From: Bacteroidia bacterium
Lineage (GTDB): Bacteria > Bacteroidota > Bacteroidia > NS11-12g > UBA955
Assembly (NCBI GenBank): GCA_036405075.1
Contig: DASWYG010000316.1
Coordinates: 1 to 45,227, forward strand
Direction of reading: 5' to 3'
Length of the DNA: 45,227 nucleotides
Made by a program: the position numbers and the translations under genes. Numbering within the stretch: the stretch's first letter is position 1; the number at the start of each line of letters is the position of its first letter. This document shows positions 7,778-16,484 of the stretch, piece after piece. The notes beneath the pieces are model-generated. The model worked only from the letters and a program-made list of their open reading frames with translations, was not told where the DNA came from and ran no database searches.

Positions 7778-9796
7778 ATGAAATCTTTCAGCAAATATCT
7801 TTTTACCTGCGTGGCAATGTTCTTCGTGAACATTGCCTTTTCGCAGGTAGATGATACGACTGAATACCGACCGGTGGTGATGACCGGTAACATTAAACCG
7901 ACCACGAAAACGGAAACGGTTCACAGTGTTAAAATCATTTCAGCAGCTACCATTGAGCGTCAGGGTGCCGTCAATCTGTTTGATGTACTCTCAAAAGAAC
8001 TCAATGTAAGGGTCAGCAACGACAACATTTTAGGCAGCTCTATGAGTTTGCAGGGAATCACCGGTCAAAACATTAAAATTTTGATGGATGGTATTCCCAT
8101 TACCGGCAGAGAAAATGGCAATATTGATCTCAGCCAACTGAACCTCACCAATATCGACAGAATAGAAATCATAGAAGGTCCGCTTTCCGTGATCTATGGT
8201 ACAGATGCTTTGGGAGGTGTCATCAATTTAATTTCAAAAAACATCATGCTCGATTCGGCAAAGCCGGTTGCAGCATACGGTCATAGTTATATCGAATCAA
8301 CAAAAAACTATAATTTCGGAGGCGGCGTGATATTCAAAGTCAAAGACGTTGATTTCGGCGCCAGTCTCAACAGAAACTTCTTTGGAGGTTTTAATCTTGA
8401 TCCCGAAACAAGGGTCATGATTTGGAAACCCAAACAACAGGTTTTCGGTAGTTTCAGCATTACCGCACAAACCAAAAAACTTAAGGTCAGATTTAAAACC
8501 GATATTTTCAGTGAAAAAATTGAAAACAGAGGTATTCCGGTCATCAATCACCTGGAGGCTTATGCTTACGATGAATATTATCTGACCAACAGAATCATCA
8601 ATTCCCTGAACCTTGAATATAAGATCAATAAAACCACTTATTGGAACGTATTGTCTTCATTCAGTTTTTATCAAAGAGATAAAGTCACCTACAGAAAGGA
8701 TCTTACCGAAGAATCCAACAACATGCAGGTTGTTCCTAGTCCGGATGCCAACAGCACCAATTCATTTTTGAATTTCATGAGCCGTGGCTCATACAATAAA
8801 ATAGCAAGCAAGCAGGTAAGTTACCAACTTGGTTACGATGTCAATTTCAATTCTGCCTTTGGTACTAAAATTGAGTCAGACAAAGGACGAATGAACGATT
8901 ATGCGATGTATGCGTGTGCTGAATTGAAACCATTCAAAGGGTTTAACATCAAACCGGGTTTCAGAGCTTCATACAACACGCGTTATTCGGCTCCATTCAT
9001 CCCATCTATTCAGATGATGTACAATTATGGCAAGTTTACATACAGATTTGCTTATGGCAGAGGATTCAGAGCTCCAGGTTTAAAGGAATTGTACCTTTAT
9101 TTTGTCGATTATAATCACAACATCAAAGGCAATCCGGAGTTGAAATCTGAGTTGTCAGACAATTTGAGCGGTGCAATAGTTTATGAAACCAAATACAACA
9201 AATCTTTAAGTGTGAGTGTGAGCAACAACTATTTCATGAATTTGATTTACAATCAGATTGCGTTGGTGGCCACAAATCCTATTGCACTTGAATACACATA
9301 CAGAAACGTAGACAATTTCAAATCCATGGGAACCAATTTGAACATGGACATCAACTATAAGAATTTTAAGTTGAGTACTGGTGGATCATACACCGGCTAC
9401 TACAACAATGCTTTTGAAATGGTAGGAAAGAAGAAGTATTTTTGGACTCCGGAGCTTAGGAATCAAATTACCTACAAATTCAATAACATAGTTGAAGCAG
9501 GTTCTACCAGTATTTCATTGTACCACAAGTTTAATGGTCAAACTATAGGTTATGCCTTGGATGACACTCGCAATGTGATTTCAACTTATACTCAGTCATT
9601 CCATATTTTGGATATGACCCTCAATCAAAACTTACTAAAAAGAAAAATCAGCATAACATTGGGTTGTAAGAATCTTCTGAATGTCAGAAACATTCGTTCA
9701 ACCGGCGTTGCAAATTCATTTCACAGTTCCGGCAGTAATACTACGCCTATCTCTATCGGACGTTCAATTTTTACACAGATCAATTTTAAATTCTAA
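7778..9796 (+). CDS. TonB-dependent outer-membrane receptor
   Basis: 672 aa with a signal peptide. Plug region ...IERQGAVNLFDVLSKELNV...LQGITGQNIKILMDGIPI...IDRIEIIEGPLSVIYGTDALGGVINLISK, a long beta-barrel, and terminal ...FTQINFKF. Confidence 0.9.
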   Translation: MKSFSKYLFTCVAMFFVNIAFSQVDDTTEYRPVVMTGNIKPTTKTETVHSVKIISAATIERQGAVNLFDVLSKELNVRVSNDNILGSSMSLQGITGQNIKILMDGIPITGRENGNIDLSQLNLTNIDRIEIIEGPLSVIYGTDALGGVINLISKNIMLDSAKPVAAYGHSYIESTKNYNFGGGVIFKVKDVDFGASLNRNFFGGFNLDPETRVMIWKPKQQVFGSFSITAQTKKLKVRFKTDIFSEKIENRGIPVINHLEAYAYDEYYLTNRIINSLNLEYKINKTTYWNVLSSFSFYQRDKVTYRKDLTEESNNMQVVPSPDANSTNSFLNFMSRGSYNKIASKQVSYQLGYDVNFNSAFGTKIESDKGRMNDYAMYACAELKPFKGFNIKPGFRASYNTRYSAPFIPSIQMMYNYGKFTYRFAYGRGFRAPGLKELYLYFVDYNHNIKGNPELKSELSDNLSGAIVYETKYNKSLSVSVSNNYFMNLIYNQIALVATNPIALEYTYRNVDNFKSMGTNLNMDINYKNFKLSTGGSYTGYYNNAFEMVGKKKYFWTPELRNQITYKFNNIVEAGSTSISLYHKFNGQTIGYALDDTRNVISTYTQSFHILDMTLNQNLLKRKISITLGCKNLLNVRNIRSTGVANSFHSSGSNTTPISIGRSIFTQINFKF

Positions 9797-10842
9797 TGAC
9801 GAAACGTCTGATTTTTCTACTCACTCTCATCAGCTTGTTTTACAGTTCATGTTTCAAGAAGGAAGACCCAATAGAACTTCCTGACGGCAACACCACCATT
9901 ACAACTTTATCTTTGGGCAATGAATACCAAAATGAAGTTTATTTCGATTTGAGCACCAATTCTTTCATGGTCAAACAAAGACGCAGCTGGGACATTCGCT
10001 TTGAAGCAGATGAGAATGGTTGGGGAGTTTTCATCAACACCGGTAAAGGGCTGAGATTAAAGAAACTCAACATTCATGACCTATTGGAGCCACAATCTTA
10101 CGACACCATGAACATCAGAATGAAAGACACTTTATTGGATGCTCCTGATGGCAAACCCGAAAACTCTGCATTCAAAGATTGGAGACAATACAAGATCACC
10201 AAAAACAATAAGATCTATAGCGGCATATATGTATTGGAGTTGAATTACCTCAGTGGTCCGGCCAGATACAAAAGGGTGCAAATAGATTCTGTAACTGCAG
10301 ATGAATACATTTGTGTTTTCACGGATTTGTATGATGGCGCAGGCAAACCTATAGTCGAGAACAAGAACAAAACCATCATCAAGAAAAGCAAAACTCAAAA
10401 TTACACCTATTATTCATTTGAAGGAACACCTCATATTGTGGCAGACCAAGAGCCTGATAGGAATACCTGGGACTTTGTTTTTACCCGTTACAATCATTTC
10501 TTCTATAACATTCTACCCAATAATCAACCATTTCCATACATCCTGAATGGTGTATTGAGCAGTAAGAACAATGTTGAGGTGGCAAAAGACTCTAGCACCA
10601 AATTTCAGGACATCAATTCTACTCATATTCCAATTTATACTTTTTCAAAGGATGCCAACGCCATTGGGTACGACTGGAAAAATCACGCATTTGGAGCTGC
10701 CGGAACCTACACTGTCAACTCGAAAGTGACCTATATCATTAAGGACACAGACGGTTATTATTACAAAATGAGGTTCCTTGATTTTTATAATGCTTTGGGC
10801 GATAAGGGCTATCCGAAATTTGAATTTATTCAGATAAAATAG
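9796..10842 (+). CDS. HmuY-like lipoprotein
   Basis: Lipobox LFYSSC. Blocks SWDIRFEAD, NTWDFVFTRY, IGYDWKNHAF, YYYKMRFLDFYN. The start codon overlaps the TBDR stop by 1 nt (TAATG). Confidence 0.65.
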   Translation: MTKRLIFLLTLISLFYSSCFKKEDPIELPDGNTTITTLSLGNEYQNEVYFDLSTNSFMVKQRRSWDIRFEADENGWGVFINTGKGLRLKKLNIHDLLEPQSYDTMNIRMKDTLLDAPDGKPENSAFKDWRQYKITKNNKIYSGIYVLELNYLSGPARYKRVQIDSVTADEYICVFTDLYDGAGKPIVENKNKTIIKKSKTQNYTYYSFEGTPHIVADQEPDRNTWDFVFTRYNHFFYNILPNNQPFPYILNGVLSSKNNVEVAKDSSTKFQDINSTHIPIYTFSKDANAIGYDWKNHAFGAAGTYTVNSKVTYIIKDTDGYYYKMRFLDFYNALGDKGYPKFEFIQIK

Positions 10843-10974
10843 GATTGGAAACGTCCTTAAATATTGAGTTATTTATTGGACATTTAAGGCGCTTTATCGA
10901 AGAAAACAGAACATTCTAGCGAAAACTTTTAATGGAAAATGCCATATTTTGTCCATCTTTGTGGGCTTAATCCA

Positions 10975-11997
10975 ATGGTATTACATTCAGCGCAGGACAT
11001 AATGGGGGCGGTGCGATCCGTTCAGGATCCTAAAATCGTTATCACCACCCATCACAAACCCGACGCCGATGCTCTCGGTTCAAGCCTAGGCTTGCAATTG
11101 TTTTTAAAGACCTTTGCATATCAGGTAACAGTAGTTTCTCCAACCGATTTTGCAGGATTTTTAAGGTGGATGAAGGGCAGTGAGAACATTGTCATTTATG
11201 AACATCAGCCTCAATTGGCTGCCGAATTGGCTGCCAATGCCGACTTTATTTTCTGTTTAGACTTCAATCACCTCTCCAGAATCAATGAGTTTGGTGACGA
11301 AGTGGCCAAATCAAAAGCAAAGAAGATCATGATGGATCACCATCAATATCCTCAAGGGTTTGAAGACTTTGCATTTTGGGACGATATGGCCAGTAGCACT
11401 TGTGAATTGGTGTACAGATTTGTGAATGTTTTAGGAGAAACAAATAGAATAGATGTAGACGCAGCATCTTGTCTTTACACAGGTTTGGTGACAGATACAG
11501 GTTCTTTCAGATTTTCTAATACATCTTCAGAAACATTGAGAATTGCAGCCGGATTGATGGACAAAGGGATCAATCATGTTAAAATTTATGACTCGGTATT
11601 TGATAGTTTTACGGAGTCGCGTGTAAAGTTTATTGGTTATGCCATCAGTCAGAAAATGGAGGTACTCAAAGAATTCAATACGGCATTGATCACAATAGAC
11701 AGTGAGGAATTGAAGCGATATGACATCATTACCGGTGATACCGAAGGTTTGGTAAATTATGGATTGAGCATAGAAGGTATTAAATTGGCCGTATTGATCA
11801 TCGATAGAGGTAAAATTGTGAAAATGAGTTTTAGAAGTAAGGGTAATTTTGCAGCCAATCAATTTGCAATGCAACATTTTAATGGTGGCGGGCACTTCTA
11901 TGCAGCAGGAGGAAGTAGTTTCACCACCTTAGATGAAACAGTTAAAAAATTTAAAGAAACACTCAACATTTATAAAGCACAACTCAATGAGAAATAG
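10975..11997 (+). CDS. nrnA: DHH/DHHA1 phosphoesterase (bifunctional oligoribonuclease / pAp phosphatase NrnA-like)
   Basis: HHKPDADALGS, DFNH, MMDHHQ and GGGH motifs. Start placed at the second ATG (MVLHSAQDI...). ORF-track start 10939 is also possible. Confidence 0.8.
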   Translation: MVLHSAQDIMGAVRSVQDPKIVITTHHKPDADALGSSLGLQLFLKTFAYQVTVVSPTDFAGFLRWMKGSENIVIYEHQPQLAAELAANADFIFCLDFNHLSRINEFGDEVAKSKAKKIMMDHHQYPQGFEDFAFWDDMASSTCELVYRFVNVLGETNRIDVDAASCLYTGLVTDTGSFRFSNTSSETLRIAAGLMDKGINHVKIYDSVFDSFTESRVKFIGYAISQKMEVLKEFNTALITIDSEELKRYDIITGDTEGLVNYGLSIEGIKLAVLIIDRGKIVKMSFRSKGNFAANQFAMQHFNGGGHFYAAGGSSFTTLDETVKKFKETLNIYKAQLNEK

Positions 11998-12853
11998 AAA
12001 TTACATTTTATTCGCGCTGTCGTTACTCATTCTAGGGGCTTGTAACAATTATTCAAAGACGGAATCCGGCTTGCGTTACAAAATGCTTTTCAAGAGTCCC
12101 AATAAGGATTTACCGAAGATTGGTGAGTATTTACAATGTTACTACAGCATAACCAATTCTGAGGACTCCGTGATCTACTCGATTTTTGGAAAAACCCCTG
12201 ACAGGATTCAATTGACATCAGCTACTCATAAGGGTGGTGACATCATGGAAGCTTTGAGTATTTTGTCGGAAGGTGACAGTGCTCAATTTTTGATCAATGC
12301 AGATTCATTTTATTTGAAATCAAGAATGGAGAATGAATTGCCATCATACATCAAACCGGGAACAGACTTGAAATTCATCATCAAGATGGACAAAAGGCTG
12401 ACCAAATATCAGGTAGATAGTTTGGTGAACATTGAGAAACTGGCAAGATGGAACGATGAGATCAAGAACATCATGACCTATGTGCGCAAACAGGGTCTTG
12501 AAATGCAATTGGATTCAAGTTCGGGCATCAGGGTGCAATACATCAAAACCATGCCTGATTCAGCAAAGAAAATAGTGGAAGGCAGTGTGGCTCAGTTTCA
12601 TTTTATTGGAAAATTGATGGATGGAACCGAGTTCTACAATTCATATACCATGGGACAGCCACAAGCGGTAAGTGTAATGAGAGAGAGATTCGAGCCCAAA
12701 GGTATGTATGAGATGCTAACGCGAATGAGAGAAGGAGAGAAGGCCATTTTTATTTTACCTTATGATCTGGCTTTTGGAGCAAAGGGCATTGATGGTATGA
12801 TACCACCATATTCAACACTGATATATGAGATCAACATTTTAAAAGTTCAATAA
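11987..12853 (+). CDS. FKBP-type peptidyl-prolyl cis-trans isomerase, lipoprotein
   Basis: Internal ATG 11987 gives MRNRNYILFALSLLILGAC (lipobox). C-terminal FKBP_C-like region ...FHFIGKLMDGTEFYNSY...ILPYDLAFGAKG....IPPYSTLIYEINIL. Overlaps the nrnA end by 11 nt. Confidence 0.75.
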   Translation: MRNRNYILFALSLLILGACNNYSKTESGLRYKMLFKSPNKDLPKIGEYLQCYYSITNSEDSVIYSIFGKTPDRIQLTSATHKGGDIMEALSILSEGDSAQFLINADSFYLKSRMENELPSYIKPGTDLKFIIKMDKRLTKYQVDSLVNIEKLARWNDEIKNIMTYVRKQGLEMQLDSSSGIRVQYIKTMPDSAKKIVEGSVAQFHFIGKLMDGTEFYNSYTMGQPQAVSVMRERFEPKGMYEMLTRMREGEKAIFILPYDLAFGAKGIDGMIPPYSTLIYEINILKVQ

Positions 12854-12854
12854 C

Positions 12855-13766
12855 ATGAAATCAAATCACCTTAAAATGAATAAACATACATTTTACATGA
12901 TCGTTTGCTTAACAGCAATGACATTGATGAACCTCAATGCAAATGCTCAAAATAATGGCAAATCGACTCCAAAGTCAGGCACTTCAAAAAAGCCTGCCGA
13001 AAAAAATACGGCCAAAACTAAAAAACCGGTAGCTAGCAATTGCGATGTCATTGAAACCCCTTCGGGATTGAAAATATTGATGTTGGTGAAAAATCCTACA
13101 GGTGAGAAAGCCAAAAAGGGCGATCAAATTGAAGCCCACTATCACGGCACATTGGCTAATGGCAAAAAATTTGACAGTTCAAGAGACAGAAATCAAACCT
13201 TCAAATTCAATTTGGGTGAAGGTAGAGTGATAGCCGGTTGGGACGAAGCATTTGCTATTTTGAGAAAAGGAGAAAGGGCCATGATCATAGTACCTCCTTC
13301 AATAGGATACGGTGCTGCCAATATGGGTTCTATTCCTTCAAATTCTACATTGTATTTCGATGTTGAATTGGTGAATTTCGAGTCGCCGGAGCCTTATGTA
13401 CCTTATGATGTACCGGGTTTGGATACAATCACGTTGCCCAGCGGATTGAAATATATAGTCATTAAAAATGGTGTGGATACTGCTAAACCAAAACCAGGCA
13501 GTCATGCAAATATCTTCTATGCCGGATATTTGACAGATGGAACCAAGTTTGATGGCAACTTGGGTACATTCGAGGGATTTGATCTTGATGTATACAACGC
13601 TGGCGTGATCCAAGGTTGGAAAGAAATGCTGAAATTGATGCATGAAGGCATGAAAGTAAGGGTCATAATACCTGGCGATTTGGCTTATGGCAGCAGGGGA
13701 TATCCAGGTGTGATACCTCCAAATGCAACCCTGATCTTTGATATGTACATGAAAGAGTTAAATTGA
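12855..13766 (+). CDS. FKBP-type peptidyl-prolyl cis-trans isomerase (two FKBP domains)
   Basis: Two copies of the FKBP_C pattern (HYHGTLANGKKFDSS...VIAGWDEA...PPSIGYGA...IPSNSTLYFDVELV and FYAGYLTDGTKFDGN...VIQGWKEM...PGDLAYGSRG..IPPNATLIFDMYM). Confidence 0.85.
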   Translation: MKSNHLKMNKHTFYMIVCLTAMTLMNLNANAQNNGKSTPKSGTSKKPAEKNTAKTKKPVASNCDVIETPSGLKILMLVKNPTGEKAKKGDQIEAHYHGTLANGKKFDSSRDRNQTFKFNLGEGRVIAGWDEAFAILRKGERAMIIVPPSIGYGAANMGSIPSNSTLYFDVELVNFESPEPYVPYDVPGLDTITLPSGLKYIVIKNGVDTAKPKPGSHANIFYAGYLTDGTKFDGNLGTFEGFDLDVYNAGVIQGWKEMLKLMHEGMKVRVIIPGDLAYGSRGYPGVIPPNATLIFDMYMKELN

Positions 13767-13768
13767 CG

Positions 13769-14824
13769 ATGATGAGGAATATTTTAATCACCGGGGGTGC
13801 CGGATTCATTGGTTCACATGTTGTCAGGAGAATGGTAAATGCTTATCCTGATTATTCTATCTTCAACTTGGATAAGCTCACTTATGCGGGCAATCTTGAA
13901 AACCTGAGAGATGTTGAAAAAAGTGCGAATTATACCTTTATCAAAGGAGATATTACCGACGCGGAATTCATCAACGACTTATTTGCAAAACATCAGTTTG
14001 ACGGCGTTATACATTTAGCGGCTGAATCGCATGTGGATCGCTCCATTTCAAATCCGATGGAGTTTGTGAACACCAATGTGGTTGGAACAGTGAACCTTTT
14101 AAACGCAGCAAAGAACCTTTGGGGAAAAGACAGAAAAGATGTGGTATTCTATCATGTCAGCACTGATGAAGTTTACGGAGAATTAGGAGATGATGGTAAA
14201 TTCACTGAAACCACACCCTACAGTCCGAATTCGCCTTATTCAGCTTCAAAAGCCGCCAGCGATCATTTTGTAAGGGCCTATCATCACACTTATGGATTGC
14301 CCATCAAAATTTCAAATTGCAGCAACAATTACGGTTCGCATCATTTTCCCGAAAAATTGATTCCTTTGATGATCAATAACATCATGAATAAAAAACCATT
14401 ACCGGTATATGGGAAAGGTGAAAATGTGAGGGATTGGTTATTTGTAGAAGATCATGCTGCTGCCATTGATGTAATTTTTCACAATGGTAAGATAGGGGAA
14501 ACCTTTAACATTGGCGGCAACAACGAATGGAAAAACATTGACCTTGTAAAGTTGCTTTGTAGGGTAATGGATACCAAGTTAGGTAGAGAAGAAGGTGAAT
14601 CAGAACAATTGATTACATTTGTAGGCGATAGGGCCGGTCACGATTTCAGATACGCAATAGATTCAAGTAAATTGATGAATACATTGGGATGGTTGCCCAG
14701 CGTTACCTTTGAACAAGGCTTAGAGAAAACTGTAGATTGGTATTTGAACAATCAGGAATGGTTGAACCATGTTACCAGCGGAGCTTATAAAAATTATTAC
14801 AGTGACATGTACACTGACAGATAA
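13769..14824 (+). CDS. rfbB: dTDP-glucose 4,6-dehydratase
   Basis: ILITGGAGFIGSH, HLAAESHVDRS, STDEVYG, PYSASKAASD. ATG 13769/13772 preferred over the TTG at 13763. Confidence 0.9.
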   Translation: MMRNILITGGAGFIGSHVVRRMVNAYPDYSIFNLDKLTYAGNLENLRDVEKSANYTFIKGDITDAEFINDLFAKHQFDGVIHLAAESHVDRSISNPMEFVNTNVVGTVNLLNAAKNLWGKDRKDVVFYHVSTDEVYGELGDDGKFTETTPYSPNSPYSASKAASDHFVRAYHHTYGLPIKISNCSNNYGSHHFPEKLIPLMINNIMNKKPLPVYGKGENVRDWLFVEDHAAAIDVIFHNGKIGETFNIGGNNEWKNIDLVKLLCRVMDTKLGREEGESEQLITFVGDRAGHDFRYAIDSSKLMNTLGWLPSVTFEQGLEKTVDWYLNNQEWLNHVTSGAYKNYYSDMYTDR

Positions 14825-14833
14825 GTTAAAAAG

Positions 14834-15697
14834 ATGAAAGGAATCATATTAGCAGGAGGAAGCGGTACCAGACTGCACCCATTGACACTTGCGGTAAGTA
14901 AACAATTGATGCCCGTTTACGACAAGCCGATGATTTATTACCCTTTGTCAACCTTAATGATGGCAGGAATCAGAGAGATCTTGATCATTTCAACTCCACA
15001 TGATTTGCCTCATTTTAAGAAACTATTGGGTGATGGCACTCAGTTGGGTTGTCAATTCAGCTATGCAGAACAACCTGAACCCAACGGATTGGCTCAGGCT
15101 TTCGTTATTGGGGAACAATTCATAGGAAATGATAAAGTTGCCTTGATATTGGGTGACAATATCTTTTTCGGTGCAGCTTTACAAAAGCTTTTGCAAGACA
15201 ATAACAACCCTGAAGGTGGCGTCATTTTCGCCTACCATGTCAGTGATCCTGAGCGTTATGGAGTTGTAGAATTTGACGACAGTAACAAGGCGATCAGTAT
15301 AGAAGAGAAACCGCTTGAACCTAAATCCAATTATACAGTTCCGGGTTTATATTTTTATGACAATCATGTGGTAGAAATTGCAAAAAATCTGAAACCTTCT
15401 CCAAGAGGTGAATATGAAATTACTGATGTAAACAAAGAATATTTAAAAAGAGGTTTGTTGAAAGTAGGCATACTTCAAAGGGGTACAGCTTGGCTGGACA
15501 CAGGTACTTTTAACAGTTTGATGCAAGCCGGACAATTTGTGCAAGTGATAGAAGACAGACAAGGACTAAAAATTGGCAGCATTGAGGAAGTCGCTTGGAG
15601 AATGAATTTCATTGATGATGCCCAACTCGAAAAAGTTGCCACACCACTTCGTAAAAGTGGATATGGGGACTACTTAATCGGATTAATAAAAAAATGA
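14834..15697 (+). CDS. rfbA: Glucose-1-phosphate thymidylyltransferase
   Basis: [42 protein letters not shown], and a length of 287 aa. Confidence 0.92.
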   Translation: MKGIILAGGSGTRLHPLTLAVSKQLMPVYDKPMIYYPLSTLMMAGIREILIISTPHDLPHFKKLLGDGTQLGCQFSYAEQPEPNGLAQAFVIGEQFIGNDKVALILGDNIFFGAALQKLLQDNNNPEGGVIFAYHVSDPERYGVVEFDDSNKAISIEEKPLEPKSNYTVPGLYFYDNHVVEIAKNLKPSPRGEYEITDVNKEYLKRGLLKVGILQRGTAWLDTGTFNSLMQAGQFVQVIEDRQGLKIGSIEEVAWRMNFIDDAQLEKVATPLRKSGYGDYLIGLIKK

Positions 15698-16479
15698 GTA
15701 ACAAACATATTTTATATCTGTTGGTATTGCTGCTTTTTGCCGGAAGCTGCAAAACTTACACCGGTAACATCATTCTCAAAACAGAGAAAGAAGATGAGAA
15801 CTGGAAAGATGCGTACAGTAAGGTAATAATTGAATATCCTATTAAAGTAGGGGATAAGATTCAATTTACGCTTTTTACCAATGAGGGGGAATCCATCATA
15901 GATCCAACAGGTAATTTGATAAGGGCTAATACTCAAAATGCAAACGGAGGCTCAAATGAACCTGTAGCCCAAAACCCTATCTATGAAGTTTTGGAAACCG
16001 GTGAATGTTTGTTTCCTGTGATCGGCAAATTACAGGTTGTTGGTTTAAAGACTTCTCAGTTGGATAGCATTTTGTCTGTTAAATTTGAAGCCTATTACAA
16101 CGGTGTTTATGTGCTTTCTAAAGTGGTCAATAAGAAGGTCACGGTGTTGGGAGGAAATAAAGGTGGTGCGATAGTGCCTTTTTCGTCCAATATGAACCTA
16201 TTGGAAGTGCTGGCAATATATGGAGGTTTATCCAATGACAATAAAGGATATAACATCAGGATCATCAGAGGTGACTTAAAGGACCCACAGGTGAAAATCG
16301 TCAATTTAAGAACCATTGCAGATATGAAAGCATCAATCGTAACCCTTATGCCTGATGACATCATATACATAGAGCCTATAAGAAAACCGGCAGCTGAAGG
16401 TATTCGAGACAATATCTACATTCTGAACATTGTACAAGTTTTGGTAACATTAACGGTTTTGTTTAGCACCATTAAATAA
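15694..16479 (+). CDS. wza: Polysaccharide export outer-membrane protein (Wza-like: Poly_export + SLBB)
   Basis: Lipoprotein signal ...[21 protein letters not shown], and SLBB-like [36 protein letters not shown] overlap with rfbA. Confidence 0.8.
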   Translation: MSNKHILYLLVLLLFAGSCKTYTGNIILKTEKEDENWKDAYSKVIIEYPIKVGDKIQFTLFTNEGESIIDPTGNLIRANTQNANGGSNEPVAQNPIYEVLETGECLFPVIGKLQVVGLKTSQLDSILSVKFEAYYNGVYVLSKVVNKKVTVLGGNKGGAIVPFSSNMNLLEVLAIYGGLSNDNKGYNIRIIRGDLKDPQVKIVNLRTIADMKASIVTLMPDDIIYIEPIRKPAAEGIRDNIYILNIVQVLVTLTVLFSTIK

Positions 16480-16484
16480 TCAAC

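Noticed and set aside
10852-10891. Bulged hairpin cg(t)ccttaaat / atttaaggcg after the HmuY-like lipoprotein gene as a terminator
   Set aside because: It has a 19-nt loop, a bulge and no following T-run. It cannot be supported as an intrinsic terminator from sequence alone.
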